DNA from: Candidatus Uhrbacteria bacterium
GTDB taxonomy: Bacteria; Patescibacteriota; Patescibacteriia; UBA9934; GWF2-40-263
Reading direction: 5' to 3'
Assembly (NCBI GenBank): GCA_016844925.1
Contig: JAERTI010000056.1
Coordinates: 6,978-70,977, forward strand
DNA length: 64,000 bases
In this document: positions 27,862-36,944 of the stretch, one piece after another
Position numbering within the stretch: position 1 is the first letter of the stretch
Layout: each line of letters begins with the position of its first letter
Notes under the pieces: generated by a model
Told to the model about the DNA's origin: nothing
The model's database searches: none
Seen by the model: only the letters and a program-made list of their open reading frames with translations
Made by a program: the position numbers and the translations under genes

Positions 27862-28236
27862 TTAGCTGGCAATAACCTTTTTGACTCGGGAGACTAATTC
27901 GTCGCGCTCAAATGGCTTGGTAATATAGTCCATAATACCATGCTGTTTGAGCTTATCGAGACGTTCATCGGAGATTTCAAGAACGGTCAAAAAGATGACT
28001 TTGTACTTCGGTTTGATCTTTGAGATTCGCGAAAACAAATCCCAACCAGACATATCAGGCATCATGATATCCAAAAGAAGAAGATCAAAATTGTTTACAT
28101 CAACTTCTTTCAGTGCCCGGTCGCCACTTGATACGCTGACAACTTCGTACCCTTCATTTTCTAAAATAGTCTTTACTACTTCCAATACGTCTCGCTCGTC
28201 ATCAACATGAAGGATTCGTTTTTTTGCTTTTGGCAT
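27862..28236 (-). CDS. stand-alone response-regulator receiver domain
   Basis: ILHVDDE, LLLLDIMMPDMSG, and a K in ITKP. 124 aa, no output domain. Confidence 0.8.
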   Translation of the reverse strand: MPKAKKRILHVDDERDVLEVVKTILENEGYEVVSVSSGDRALKEVDVNNFDLLLLDIMMPDMSGWDLFSRISKIKPKYKVIFLTVLEISDERLDKLKQHGIMDYITKPFERDELVSRVKKVIAS

Positions 28237-28249
28237 AGGATTACGCTCG

Positions 28250-29710
28250 TTATTTCGTTGGTTTATGTAAGTTCTTTTTTAATGGCAGTGTAAACGTAAA
28301 CGCACTTCCTTTGCCCAGACCAGCACTTTTTGCAGAAATCTTGCCACCATGAGACACGACAAAACCTTTGGCAATGGAAAGACCTAGACCAGTGCCACCG
28401 TACCTTCTTGTTATTTCGCTATCTGCTTGAAAGAAGGGGGTAAACAGTTTTTTCAAGGTTTTTTTATCCATACCGATACCCGTGTCAGTTACCGTTACTC
28501 GTACGTTGTTTTGTGTTCTACTTACATCAACATCAACACGACCGCCCTCAGGGGTAAATTTGACCGAGTTGTCCAGAAGATTGTGCATCACCTCGCTTAT
28601 GCGTTTGGTGTCGATGACGAGCAGAGGGAGGTTTTCGGCATGGCTTAAGGTAATGTCTATCTGTTTATTACGTGCGATTGATTGCATGTCATTAACGGCA
28701 TCTGAAATAATTTGACCCAAATCAGCCTCCTCAAGAATGAGCCTTATCTTTCTTGAACGAATTTTCGTGATAGAGAGTACATCCGAAACAAGATCGTTTA
28801 GATGATCACCATTTCGCGCAATCATTTCTATGGCATTTTTTTGTTTCTTATTCAGTTTTCCATAATCACCACCTAGAAGAAGCTGAGCTTGAGACTTGAT
28901 TGGAATAAGAGGGGTCTTAAGCTCATGTGTTGCCGTGTTTAGGAAGTCATCTTTAAGTTTGTTTAGTTCTTCTAATTTAGTAGCCATATCGTTAAAACTA
29001 GACGCAAGATGACCAATCTCATCCTTTGATTGTATATCGATCTTTGTATCAAGTTTTCCTTTCCCAAACTTCGTGACAGCCTTCTCAAGATTCAGAAGGG
29101 GTTTCACGATACTCCTTGAAACGATGACGGAAATTATGGTCGTAAGAACAAAAAAAGACAGTACGAGTAATAGCGTTAAGATCCTGTTTTGTTCGATGGC
29201 TGCTTGTGTCTGTTCGTAGGTTAACTCTTCCAATGATTGTGCAGCAGAAGAAACAGATTGCGATGTTATCAATAATTGAGAAATAATCCGTTCTTGCAGT
29301 GCCGTTACCAGTCCCAATGTTTCTGCTGAAGCTTGTTCTTCTGTGAGTGTTAATTCGTAGTGATAGTTTTCCACTTCTTTTTGAAAGAGATCGTCAAGGA
29401 GGAGATATTCAGCGCGAATATCTCTAACGAAATCTTGATTTCGATTATCTGTTCCGATTTTATTCAGTAGTAGGAGTCCCGAGTGATGACGTGTGTTCCA
29501 TTGTTCTAGTACACGGTCTTCTCGATGTAGGAGGTACTCATTTAACAGTAGGTTTAACTCAAAGACCGCTGTTTGAATATCAGATGCTAAGACATGTTCC
29601 TTTTCTTGGTCACTAATAATATTCGTTGTTGTAAAGACGGAAACATAAAGAAAGGAAATCAGAACAAGTGATACCAGAGTGTTGATGAAGAGTTTGTATT
29701 GGATCCTCAT
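28250..29710 (-). CDS. membrane sensor histidine kinase (two TM, periplasmic sensor region, HAMP, HisKA, HATPase_c)
   Basis: TM helices near residues 10-30 and 170-195, H-box THELKTPL, and N/G boxes (NLLDNSVKFT, DTGIGM, GGTGLGLSI). Confidence 0.85.
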   Translation of the reverse strand: MRIQYKLFINTLVSLVLISFLYVSVFTTTNIISDQEKEHVLASDIQTAVFELNLLLNEYLLHREDRVLEQWNTRHHSGLLLLNKIGTDNRNQDFVRDIRAEYLLLDDLFQKEVENYHYELTLTEEQASAETLGLVTALQERIISQLLITSQSVSSAAQSLEELTYEQTQAAIEQNRILTLLLVLSFFVLTTIISVIVSRSIVKPLLNLEKAVTKFGKGKLDTKIDIQSKDEIGHLASSFNDMATKLEELNKLKDDFLNTATHELKTPLIPIKSQAQLLLGGDYGKLNKKQKNAIEMIARNGDHLNDLVSDVLSITKIRSRKIRLILEEADLGQIISDAVNDMQSIARNKQIDITLSHAENLPLLVIDTKRISEVMHNLLDNSVKFTPEGGRVDVDVSRTQNNVRVTVTDTGIGMDKKTLKKLFTPFFQADSEITRRYGGTGLGLSIAKGFVVSHGGKISAKSAGLGKGSAFTFTLPLKKNLHKPTK

Positions 29711-29714
29711 GGGC

Positions 29715-30746
29715 TTATCGTATGATCGTAACTGCTTCAGGTTTCACTTCTTCCAAGGCGTGCAGGTAAATATAATCGAGATAATTTGGCATCTGCTCAC
29801 TTTCAACGAGATCGTTGTTGATTGCCCATCGTGCTTCAGCCTCGAGGACTCTGATCAAGGACTGCTCTAAGGTGATATCGAATGTGAACTCTTCCCAAAG
29901 GGTGATCATACTCTCTGTGTCCAGGTTGAGTCTTGTTGCGACAATTTCTTGAGATTCCTCTTTGTGCTGTTTGATGAATTCAGTGGCGGCATCCACCGCC
30001 TGCACAAAACGTTTGACTGCTTCAGGTTCAGATTTAAGGAAGGCATTCGTACTCACAAAGTTAAATGTTTCGTTGTAGATATCCGAGCTCGGTAACCTGA
30101 TAGCCATATCTCCTAAGAGGCTCACTGCATTTGTTCCGTGCGGTTCCCAGATAACAATGGCGTCAACACGTCCCTTGGCTAAAGCGTCTGGCAAATCAGA
30201 AGGGGCGATGTCGATAGCTTCTACCTCGGAGGACAAGATGGCGTTGTTCGTCAAAAAGGCATCTAGAAAAAATTGTCCAGTCGTGCCCATAGGGGTGCCG
30301 ACTTTCTTTCCGCGCAAATCTTCTGCGCTTGTCACCCGGTCATTGCGAGCGATGACTTTTACGTCTTCATAGGAGCTGACAAACGTGCCAAAGACAGAAA
30401 AATCACTTCGCTCAAAACTGTTAAGCATGATGGGGGTAGGGGCGACGGTAGAAATATCAATCCCCTGATTGCCCTCGAGCATTGCCATGAGGCTTTGTCT
30501 TCCTGAGTCAAACTCTTTGATGGTGAGGTCCAGACCGTATTCTTGAAAGTATCCCTTTTCCTCAGAAATCCAGACAGCTGCGGGAAGTAAGCTCGCTTCT
30601 ACTCCGAGCGTTGCCTTCAAGAGAGGTTCTTCTGTAGGGCTTGGTTGTGTTTGTGTTGTCCAGAAGTAACCACTCAGAATAAGAGCGCCGGTAAAGAATG
30701 TGACTGCGCCCCAGAACCAGGGGGGGATGTCATGCTTAATGTTCAT
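29715..30746 (-). CDS. periplasmic substrate-binding protein, NMT1/SsuA/TauA-like, with an N-terminal anchor; first gene of the signalling operon
   Basis: N-terminal TM/signal sequence, then a type 2 periplasmic-binding fold (VGTPMGTTGQFFLD...VDAIVIWEPH). Ends 4 nt before the HK gene. Confidence 0.65.
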   Translation of the reverse strand: MNIKHDIPPWFWGAVTFFTGALILSGYFWTTQTQPSPTEEPLLKATLGVEASLLPAAVWISEEKGYFQEYGLDLTIKEFDSGRQSLMAMLEGNQGIDISTVAPTPIMLNSFERSDFSVFGTFVSSYEDVKVIARNDRVTSAEDLRGKKVGTPMGTTGQFFLDAFLTNNAILSSEVEAIDIAPSDLPDALAKGRVDAIVIWEPHGTNAVSLLGDMAIRLPSSDIYNETFNFVSTNAFLKSEPEAVKRFVQAVDAATEFIKQHKEESQEIVATRLNLDTESMITLWEEFTFDITLEQSLIRVLEAEARWAINNDLVESEQMPNYLDYIYLHALEEVKPEAVTIIR

Positions 30747-30825
30747 AGTTCCTCCTAAATAATTTTCATCATCTCTACGGTCTTCTTACCTGTGACTTGA
30801 TTTAGCAAATTATGAATACTGAGAA

Positions 30826-31167
30826 CTAGTTATCCGACCAGACAGCGAGCTCATTTCCAGCTGGATCTAAAAATTGGAATCGACGTCCGCCGGGAAAGGA
30901 AAAGATGTCTTTTGAAATGGTGGCGTCGGCTGCTTGGATAGTTGCGAGCGCTTGCTCAAGATTGCTGTGGTAAAGCACGACGAGTGGGCCGCCCTTGTGA
31001 ACCTGATCAACTTTTTCAAATCCACCCTCCAGTCCACTGTTTGAGAAAGCTGTATACCCTTCGCCATAGTCCGTAAACGTCCAGCCGAAAACGCTGGTAT
31101 AAAAGTCCTTAACTGATTCAAGATCCGTTGCGTAGAGCTCAATGTATTGGATGTGATTGTCCTTCAT
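30826..31167 (-). CDS. VOC-family (glyoxalase/bleomycin-resistance fold) protein
   Basis: Start taken at MKDNHIQYIELYATD. Paired beta-alpha-beta-beta-beta modules. The upstream ORF codons overlap truB. Confidence 0.55.
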   Translation of the reverse strand: MKDNHIQYIELYATDLESVKDFYTSVFGWTFTDYGEGYTAFSNSGLEGGFEKVDQVHKGGPLVVLYHSNLEQALATIQAADATISKDIFSFPGGRRFQFLDPAGNELAVWSDN

Positions 31168-31198
31168 AAACACAGTATAGCAAGGTGCGGTTGAGGCG

Positions 31199-31951
31199 TC
31201 AGTCGTCAAAACGTTCAGAGTCTTTTTGATGGTAGGTTCCAACGGCTGTACGTCTAAGTTCGAGTAGGAGCGCGCCGCATCCGAGCTTTTGTCCGAGAAG
31301 GTGTGCAAGGGATCGAATGTAGGTTCCGCTGGTAACGTCCAGTGTCACGGTGGCGATGAGAAGCTGTTGCTCTTGAGTCTCGATCGTCTCCCAAGAACGT
31401 CGGGTTGCTTCCTGTCGGAAATCGCCATGAACGAGATTGATCCGTTGGACTACTTGCTCACGAATGTCGCGAAGGGTACGTGAAGAGACGGTTGCGACTG
31501 GGGTGTTGAGCACGGTCATGTGTTTCATGGGGATGTCGATCTCGTTGAGACGACCCTCTCGAGCCCACCAATGCAGTGGTTTACCTTGGATTTTGTACGA
31601 TGAATAAGGAGGAAAGGGGAGCAGGTGCTCGCCCTGGAGCTGCTCGACAGAGGCTTTGATGTGTTCTTCTGTTGTCACTCCGCCGCTCTCAAGTAGTCCG
31701 AGTGAATCGTAGGTATCTGATGACAAGCCAAAGAGAATAGTTGCCTCGTACGTTTTGTTGAGTTTTTGAAAGTCGGGCTTCTTGAAACGATCTTCATCCG
31801 TTAAAAACACAATCACTCCCTCGGCCATTGGGTCGAGACGTCCTGTGTAGGTCATGGGGCTGTTGCTGTACTCACCGTGCTGCCGTTTGATTTCTTCTAT
31901 GCACTGTAGCGGTGTCCAGCCCAAGGGTTTGTAATAGTTGAGGATGGCCAA
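31199..31951 (-). CDS. truB: tRNA pseudouridine(55) synthase TruB
   Basis: GRLDPMAEGV catalytic-Asp motif, and the TruB core with a PUA-less short form. Confidence 0.8.
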   Translation of the reverse strand: MAILNYYKPLGWTPLQCIEEIKRQHGEYSNSPMTYTGRLDPMAEGVIVFLTDEDRFKKPDFQKLNKTYEATILFGLSSDTYDSLGLLESGGVTTEEHIKASVEQLQGEHLLPFPPYSSYKIQGKPLHWWAREGRLNEIDIPMKHMTVLNTPVATVSSRTLRDIREQVVQRINLVHGDFRQEATRRSWETIETQEQQLLIATVTLDVTSGTYIRSLAHLLGQKLGCGALLLELRRTAVGTYHQKDSERFDD

Positions 31952-31960
31952 AAGAAATAG

Positions 31961-32482
31961 TTACGATGTTGGAATGAGGAGGTGGTAGAAAAATGAAACG
32001 AATGGATCAATGTCCGGTCCGTAGACAATGGCCCCACCAAGAGCTCCTGTAATGGTGATGGCAAGAAGTCCTGCTAATGAGAGAATGATGACAAGTGGTC
32101 TGAAGAGAATGATTGCCGTAAGTCGATTGAGGATTTTGTCGATGATACTGGGCAGATGGAACTTGTTCTTTTGTAAGAAGGGTCGAAGCACTGCTGACCA
32201 AAGATACGCTACAGCAAGAATAGAAAAGATCCAGGATGTTGCATTGGCAAATAAGGCATGTGTCTCGACGAGGACCGTCTCGCCTACACGCTCTTCGGCT
32301 ACTTCGCCAGTGGAAAGGGCTAGCCAGGAAGTAATCGTACCGAGAAAGAGAAACGCAAGCTTGATGGAGGTACATGAAGATTTCCATCTAGAGATCCATC
32401 TTTGTGGAACGGCCTCAAGGAGGCTGTAGAAAACCAGCATGGCAATGGGGAAATGGACGACCATGGGGTGAACATCAAACAT
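31961..32482 (-). CDS. polytopic membrane protein (DUF2231-like)
   Basis: HPMVVHFPIA N-terminal motif and four TM helices. Confidence 0.4.
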   Translation of the reverse strand: MFDVHPMVVHFPIAMLVFYSLLEAVPQRWISRWKSSCTSIKLAFLFLGTITSWLALSTGEVAEERVGETVLVETHALFANATSWIFSILAVAYLWSAVLRPFLQKNKFHLPSIIDKILNRLTAIILFRPLVIILSLAGLLAITITGALGGAIVYGPDIDPFVSFFYHLLIPTS

Positions 32483-32484
32483 AG

Positions 32485-33426
32485 CTAGGTGTTTAGGGGT
32501 TTGGTAACGATTGGAATAACTTTATAGAGGTAGAGCATAAAAACAAGGGCAAGGAAAATAGCACCCATGTACTCGTGGAAGAGTTGAAAGGCGAGTTCGT
32601 GCGAAACGTATCCGCCAATAAAGAGAATAATTGCCACTCGAAGGATGTTGAGATAATACAGCGCAATAACACCAACGATGCCTGCGAGAGTAGCTCGTCC
32701 GTATAAAATGTGACGTTCTGAAGAAAGCCAGATGAGAACGATGATGTAAAGGAAAGCAAACGTGACAATTGAGTAGGCGCCAGCGCAGACGGGCCCGATG
32801 TACAAGATGAAGTTGTTTAGTCCAACAGTGAAGTAGTCCAAATTATAGATCGCCTCGTCTGTGACAAGGGGAGTGATCTTTGAGAGTGAGGTGAGAATGG
32901 AGGTTGAGATGGCTTCCCAGTGTAGCTTGATGGTTAGCTGGGCGATGGTATAGCTGAGGTAAAGACCCGCGATGGTGATGGTTTCTTTAAGAAAGTATCT
33001 GATGGCTGTTGCCCCAACGAGGGCGAAGAAGAGAAAAAAGAAGCTGATACTGAATGTTGAAAGAAGCAGGAGGTTGGGAATGATTTCGTGCAGTGTGCCG
33101 AGTTGGTTCACCGGGAAGATGAGGATTGCCAGAGCAAGAAGACTAAAGAGAAAAGATTCCGCTTTCGATATTCGGTAGAGTGGAAGTGTTTTTACAATGT
33201 GCCAACGGTAGAAAATGAAAAGAAGAAAAAGAGGGTAGGGGCTTAAGAGGATCCACCAATCATTGAGGCCATATCTATATCCATGTAGGGCCGAGGTGAT
33301 TGTAGGGTGGACGATGACAATGAGTGTATAGAGGCCAAGGAGCACAAGCACGCGTAAAACAAAACGCCTCCCTCCGGGGGAGGCGTTTTTAAATGCGCTA
33401 CGGATGTGTTTCCAGTGTGTGGTCAT
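32485..33426 (-). CDS. exosortase/archaeosortase-family membrane transpeptidase (putative)
   Basis: About 8 TM helices. Candidate catalytic Cys in YIGPVCAGAYS, downstream NILRVAII (Asn and Arg) and HEYMG. Immediately adjacent to a PEF-CTERM protein. Confidence 0.5.
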   Translation of the reverse strand: MTTHWKHIRSAFKNASPGGRRFVLRVLVLLGLYTLIVIVHPTITSALHGYRYGLNDWWILLSPYPLFLLFIFYRWHIVKTLPLYRISKAESFLFSLLALAILIFPVNQLGTLHEIIPNLLLLSTFSISFFFLFFALVGATAIRYFLKETITIAGLYLSYTIAQLTIKLHWEAISTSILTSLSKITPLVTDEAIYNLDYFTVGLNNFILYIGPVCAGAYSIVTFAFLYIIVLIWLSSERHILYGRATLAGIVGVIALYYLNILRVAIILFIGGYVSHELAFQLFHEYMGAIFLALVFMLYLYKVIPIVTKPLNT

Positions 33427-33428
33427 GT

Positions 33429-35708
33429 TTAGGCGTGTGGCTCGCCGAGGTACTCTGGCATCTTTTGGTGCAGCATGTAGCCAAAGAGGAGAAAGAGAAG
33501 TGTGTAGACGTAGGTGGAGAATTCGGGCACACCGCCAACAGGGACATCTGGATCACCTCCTCCAAACTCAGAAAGGTGTTTTGTCTGGAACGAGCAAGTT
33601 TGAGAGAAGACCGTGCAGGAAACGTTTTCACCATCCAGCTGCAGTCGCGTCCAGTTTCCTTGACTCGCGTCCTTACTGTAGACCATGAGTTCTGTGCCGT
33701 TTGCAACCCCAGGAGTGTTCATCGTGAGGGTAATGGCATTACTTAACTCAACCTTCTTGTCGTCAAAACCGAAGCTCATCTTTCCGGCCGCTGGGACGGG
33801 GAGCGTGGAGACGTTTGGGTTGTTGCCAAGTGTCATGGTGCTGAAGTCTGTCGTTGTCTCTAGATCTCCTACACTCTTGGTTGTCATGATGGTGTTTGCT
33901 GGGATAACGACAGCGACGGTGTCAGAGAGAGATGACGAGTTGGTGTATGCGATGGACTTCTGCAATTGCACGCGACTTGTTGATTCTGTTGTGTCCCCGT
34001 ACCCGCTAACGGGTTCGGCAAGAGCTGAATCCAATACCGTAAAGCTGATATTGTCTCGAGTGGCTTTTACGATGTCTGTGTCTTGTGTGGTGAATGTCAC
34101 CTCTGTTGGTGAACTACTTTTGTTACCGTAGTAGTCGTAGGCCCAGATGTTTGCCGTGTATTCTGTGTTCGGTGAAAGGGTATCAAGGTTTACCAAGATA
34201 TTTCCCTTAAAGTCAGGGTAGGCAAGCAAGGGTCTTGTGGAAGAGCTGATCTCCGTGTCTGTTTCTTGAACACCGGTCGAGCCTTGTTTGATGAAAATTT
34301 TATAGGATTGGAAAAACGTGTCGTTTGATGGGGATCCTAGTTTGAATCCCACAATGTTTTGTCCAATAAATACAGGAGTAAGCGCCCCTGGCGTGCTTGG
34401 AGGTGTACTGTCCGAGAGGGTGGAGAACGTCACACTGGATGCAGCCTTCCTTGAATTTCCTGCGGCATCGTAGGCCCAAATGTTCGCTGTATATTGTGAC
34501 GCTGGAACGAGGCCGCTCAAGGTAACTGAGCTTTGCCCACCATAGCTTATGTGGCTGAGTGCTGGCGCGGTCGTCTTATCAATAACTTCATCCTCATCGC
34601 CCGGCTCTGAGCTACCTTCTTTGTAGTAGATAACATACTCGGCGAAATTTTCATCAGAGGTGGCTGCTCCGAAGTTGAGTGTTACCTCTGAGTAGCTTTG
34701 AGAAGCAAGACTTAAGGAACCTGGTGGGTCTGGTTCTACGACATCTGTACCAGTAAACGAAAAACTTGCTGTCACAGAGATGTCTTTCTGGACGCCAGTC
34801 TCTGTTCGTGGGTTGGTTGTGGAGCCATCGCTCCAGGAGACGAATTCAAAGTCTGTGTCCGCGACGGCGGTGACGGCTGAACCTGATGTGTTATGGCTTA
34901 CCGTTTGGCTCGTACTTCCTGTGATTGACCCGCCGATATCAGCGGTATAGCTGAGGCTGTATGTCGGTGCATAGGTAAGGATCTCTTCGTCGTAGATGCA
35001 CCTGACAGAAGATGCACTCTTTTTCCCATTTCTTCTAACAATGGCTGAGGATGAACTCGAGGTGAGCTTCAGGCCGTAGGCACGGCGTTTGTTCTCGATT
35101 GTTGAGGACCAGTACCGAGCAAGTCTTCCTCGACGCTTCCAAACTTTTTTTCCAGATACGCGCCCTACACCATAAGCACCAAAGTCAAAAGAGTCTTTTG
35201 CTCCGGCGTTTGGAATGATCCAGTTATTAATCCCTACTTCTTTTAATGCTCCACCGGCTGTCGTGGCGCCGCCGGCTTCTGTAACAAGTGTGTCGAGATC
35301 AAATTTTGTCGGTACATGCCATCCCACGGGGCAAATACCTTGATGTACGGCATTTGGTTGGCATGATGGGCTTAGGCTGTTTTTGCAGGAGAGCGCCATG
35401 CCCATGGCTGTGTGCCATTGGTAAAGACCACCATCGTTATCACAGTTTGCGTCACTGTTGTTGTAACAATATTTTTGAAAGGTGCCCCCGTCGGCGTCTG
35501 CTTGGTTTCCGCTTACATCAATGCGCGTGCCGTAGTTGAGGTTCTTGCCAAACCAACATTGCCCACCAATAAGAATCGTGGGGTAGGAGACTCCGCCATA
35601 AGAAACGGCATCTCCACAGGTAAATTCTTCCTGAGCGTTTAGGGATTGTGTGGGCCAGAGCCCAGAAATAAACGTGGCAATGAGTATCAGCGTGCCAATA
35701 CGTTTCAT
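33429..35708 (-). CDS. large surface protein: signal peptide, Fibrobacter-succinogenes-major-paralogous (Fib_succ_major) domain, two or more fibronectin-III-like modules, and a C-terminal PEF-CTERM sorting signal
   Basis: Signal peptide MKRIGTLILIATFISGLW. CWFGKNLNY...GGLYQWHTAMG...CPVGWHVPT matches the Fib_succ_major signature. Repeated ...YTANIWAYD..GN.S... modules. C-terminus GGVPEF-STYVYTLLFLLFGYML-HQK. Confidence 0.7.
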   Translation of the reverse strand: MKRIGTLILIATFISGLWPTQSLNAQEEFTCGDAVSYGGVSYPTILIGGQCWFGKNLNYGTRIDVSGNQADADGGTFQKYCYNNSDANCDNDGGLYQWHTAMGMALSCKNSLSPSCQPNAVHQGICPVGWHVPTKFDLDTLVTEAGGATTAGGALKEVGINNWIIPNAGAKDSFDFGAYGVGRVSGKKVWKRRGRLARYWSSTIENKRRAYGLKLTSSSSSAIVRRNGKKSASSVRCIYDEEILTYAPTYSLSYTADIGGSITGSTSQTVSHNTSGSAVTAVADTDFEFVSWSDGSTTNPRTETGVQKDISVTASFSFTGTDVVEPDPPGSLSLASQSYSEVTLNFGAATSDENFAEYVIYYKEGSSEPGDEDEVIDKTTAPALSHISYGGQSSVTLSGLVPASQYTANIWAYDAAGNSRKAASSVTFSTLSDSTPPSTPGALTPVFIGQNIVGFKLGSPSNDTFFQSYKIFIKQGSTGVQETDTEISSSTRPLLAYPDFKGNILVNLDTLSPNTEYTANIWAYDYYGNKSSSPTEVTFTTQDTDIVKATRDNISFTVLDSALAEPVSGYGDTTESTSRVQLQKSIAYTNSSSLSDTVAVVIPANTIMTTKSVGDLETTTDFSTMTLGNNPNVSTLPVPAAGKMSFGFDDKKVELSNAITLTMNTPGVANGTELMVYSKDASQGNWTRLQLDGENVSCTVFSQTCSFQTKHLSEFGGGDPDVPVGGVPEFSTYVYTLLFLLFGYMLHQKMPEYLGEPHA

Positions 35709-35774
35709 AGGCGATCCTCTGTCAGTTGCAGGTAATGAGTATCGATTGGCGTCATTATAGCATCAGTTTCTCAC

Positions 35775-36170
35775 CTAGATGTGTATAACAAAATCGAGGA
35801 GTATGCCTGCGATAAGCGCGAGGCCTGAGAGGATGAAAATAATCTCGTAATTTAGCTGCGCTTTTGTGGTACTTAATGTTTGGACGATGTGCGAGAGAGC
35901 CTTCTTTTGACTCTGGGAGATGTCTTTGGTGTGTTTCACAGCCTCGATGAGGTGCTCGTCATCAATCAGCGAGGAAAACTGTTTCACCACCTTGTAGCGA
36001 CTCCAGAAGTAGATAATGAATCCGATCGTCCCGGTGTACCAGGCGATCTTTACCCACGTCGGCTCAAAGAAGTTCAGGACGATGATGATGCGATAGGAGA
36101 ACGTCGCCACAAGACCAATCCAAAAGTAGAGGAGTCGTAGGGGCTTAGGATCAGCTTTGATTTTTGTCAT
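35775..36170 (-). CDS. membrane protein (3 TM), unknown function
   Basis: Hydrophobic helices; no motif recognised. Confidence 0.45.
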   Translation of the reverse strand: MTKIKADPKPLRLLYFWIGLVATFSYRIIIVLNFFEPTWVKIAWYTGTIGFIIYFWSRYKVVKQFSSLIDDEHLIEAVKHTKDISQSQKKALSHIVQTLSTTKAQLNYEIIFILSGLALIAGILLDFVIHI

Positions 36171-36214
36171 AGGAGTTTTTCTACGTGAGTCGATCAGTAT
36201 CTGAATGGTGTGAA

Positions 36215-36847
36215 TTACGAATCCAAGTCTTGGATAAACTCTCCACCAATGTACGTTGGTTCCCAGATATAGAGATCGATGAAGGCCTTATAGGTGGCGA
36301 GGATCTCGCGTTGTTTATACTGCGTCTCAAATAGATAGGGTTGCAGCGAAGCAGAGAACCCGACGCTAGATACACCCAATTTCTCGCAGGTCCAGATGGC
36401 GCGGGGGAGGTGGTAGTTTTGTGAGACAAGGATGGCGTTCTCGATGCCCCACAGCTCGTGTGCACGGACACAGGTGTCATAGGTTCGGCGCCCGGCATAG
36501 TCCACGAACACGTCGTCCTCCGGAACATCGTAGGTCGTCACGAGGGTCTCAAACATAACGTCTGGCTCAGAGTAGTCTTCAAAGCGGTTATCGCCAGAGA
36601 CGAGGATCTTATCGACCAGACCTTCGTGATACAGCGTCGATGCTGCTTTGAGGCGATCGTCCAACATGTCTGAGGGGGTGTTCTGATCACGCAGCCCGGC
36701 CCCGAAAACAATGGCGACAGATGCGTGCTCAAGTTGGTGTGTATCTGAATAGACGTTCTCGCTCTGACTCATGGTCTTCCACAAAGGAAACAGGGCAATG
36801 AGTAGCGTGAGTAAAAGTAATCCAATCGAAGCATGTGTAAGTTTCAT
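36215..36847 (-). CDS. DUF218 (YdcF/ElyC/SanA-like) membrane-anchored protein
   Basis: Start taken at MKLTHASIGLLLLTLLIALF. IVFGAGL...ILVSGDNR...YDTCVRA...ILVSQNYHLPRA is a typical DUF218 core. Confidence 0.6.
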   Translation of the reverse strand: MKLTHASIGLLLLTLLIALFPLWKTMSQSENVYSDTHQLEHASVAIVFGAGLRDQNTPSDMLDDRLKAASTLYHEGLVDKILVSGDNRFEDYSEPDVMFETLVTTYDVPEDDVFVDYAGRRTYDTCVRAHELWGIENAILVSQNYHLPRAIWTCEKLGVSSVGFSASLQPYLFETQYKQREILATYKAFIDLYIWEPTYIGGEFIQDLDS

Positions 36848-36944
36848 AGTCAGCCGATCATGCTGTCGCAACAAGATGATGTTTATCAAATCAATTACCC
36901 CCATTATAGCATTGAACTATTTCTGCTAGAATTGGAGTAACACT

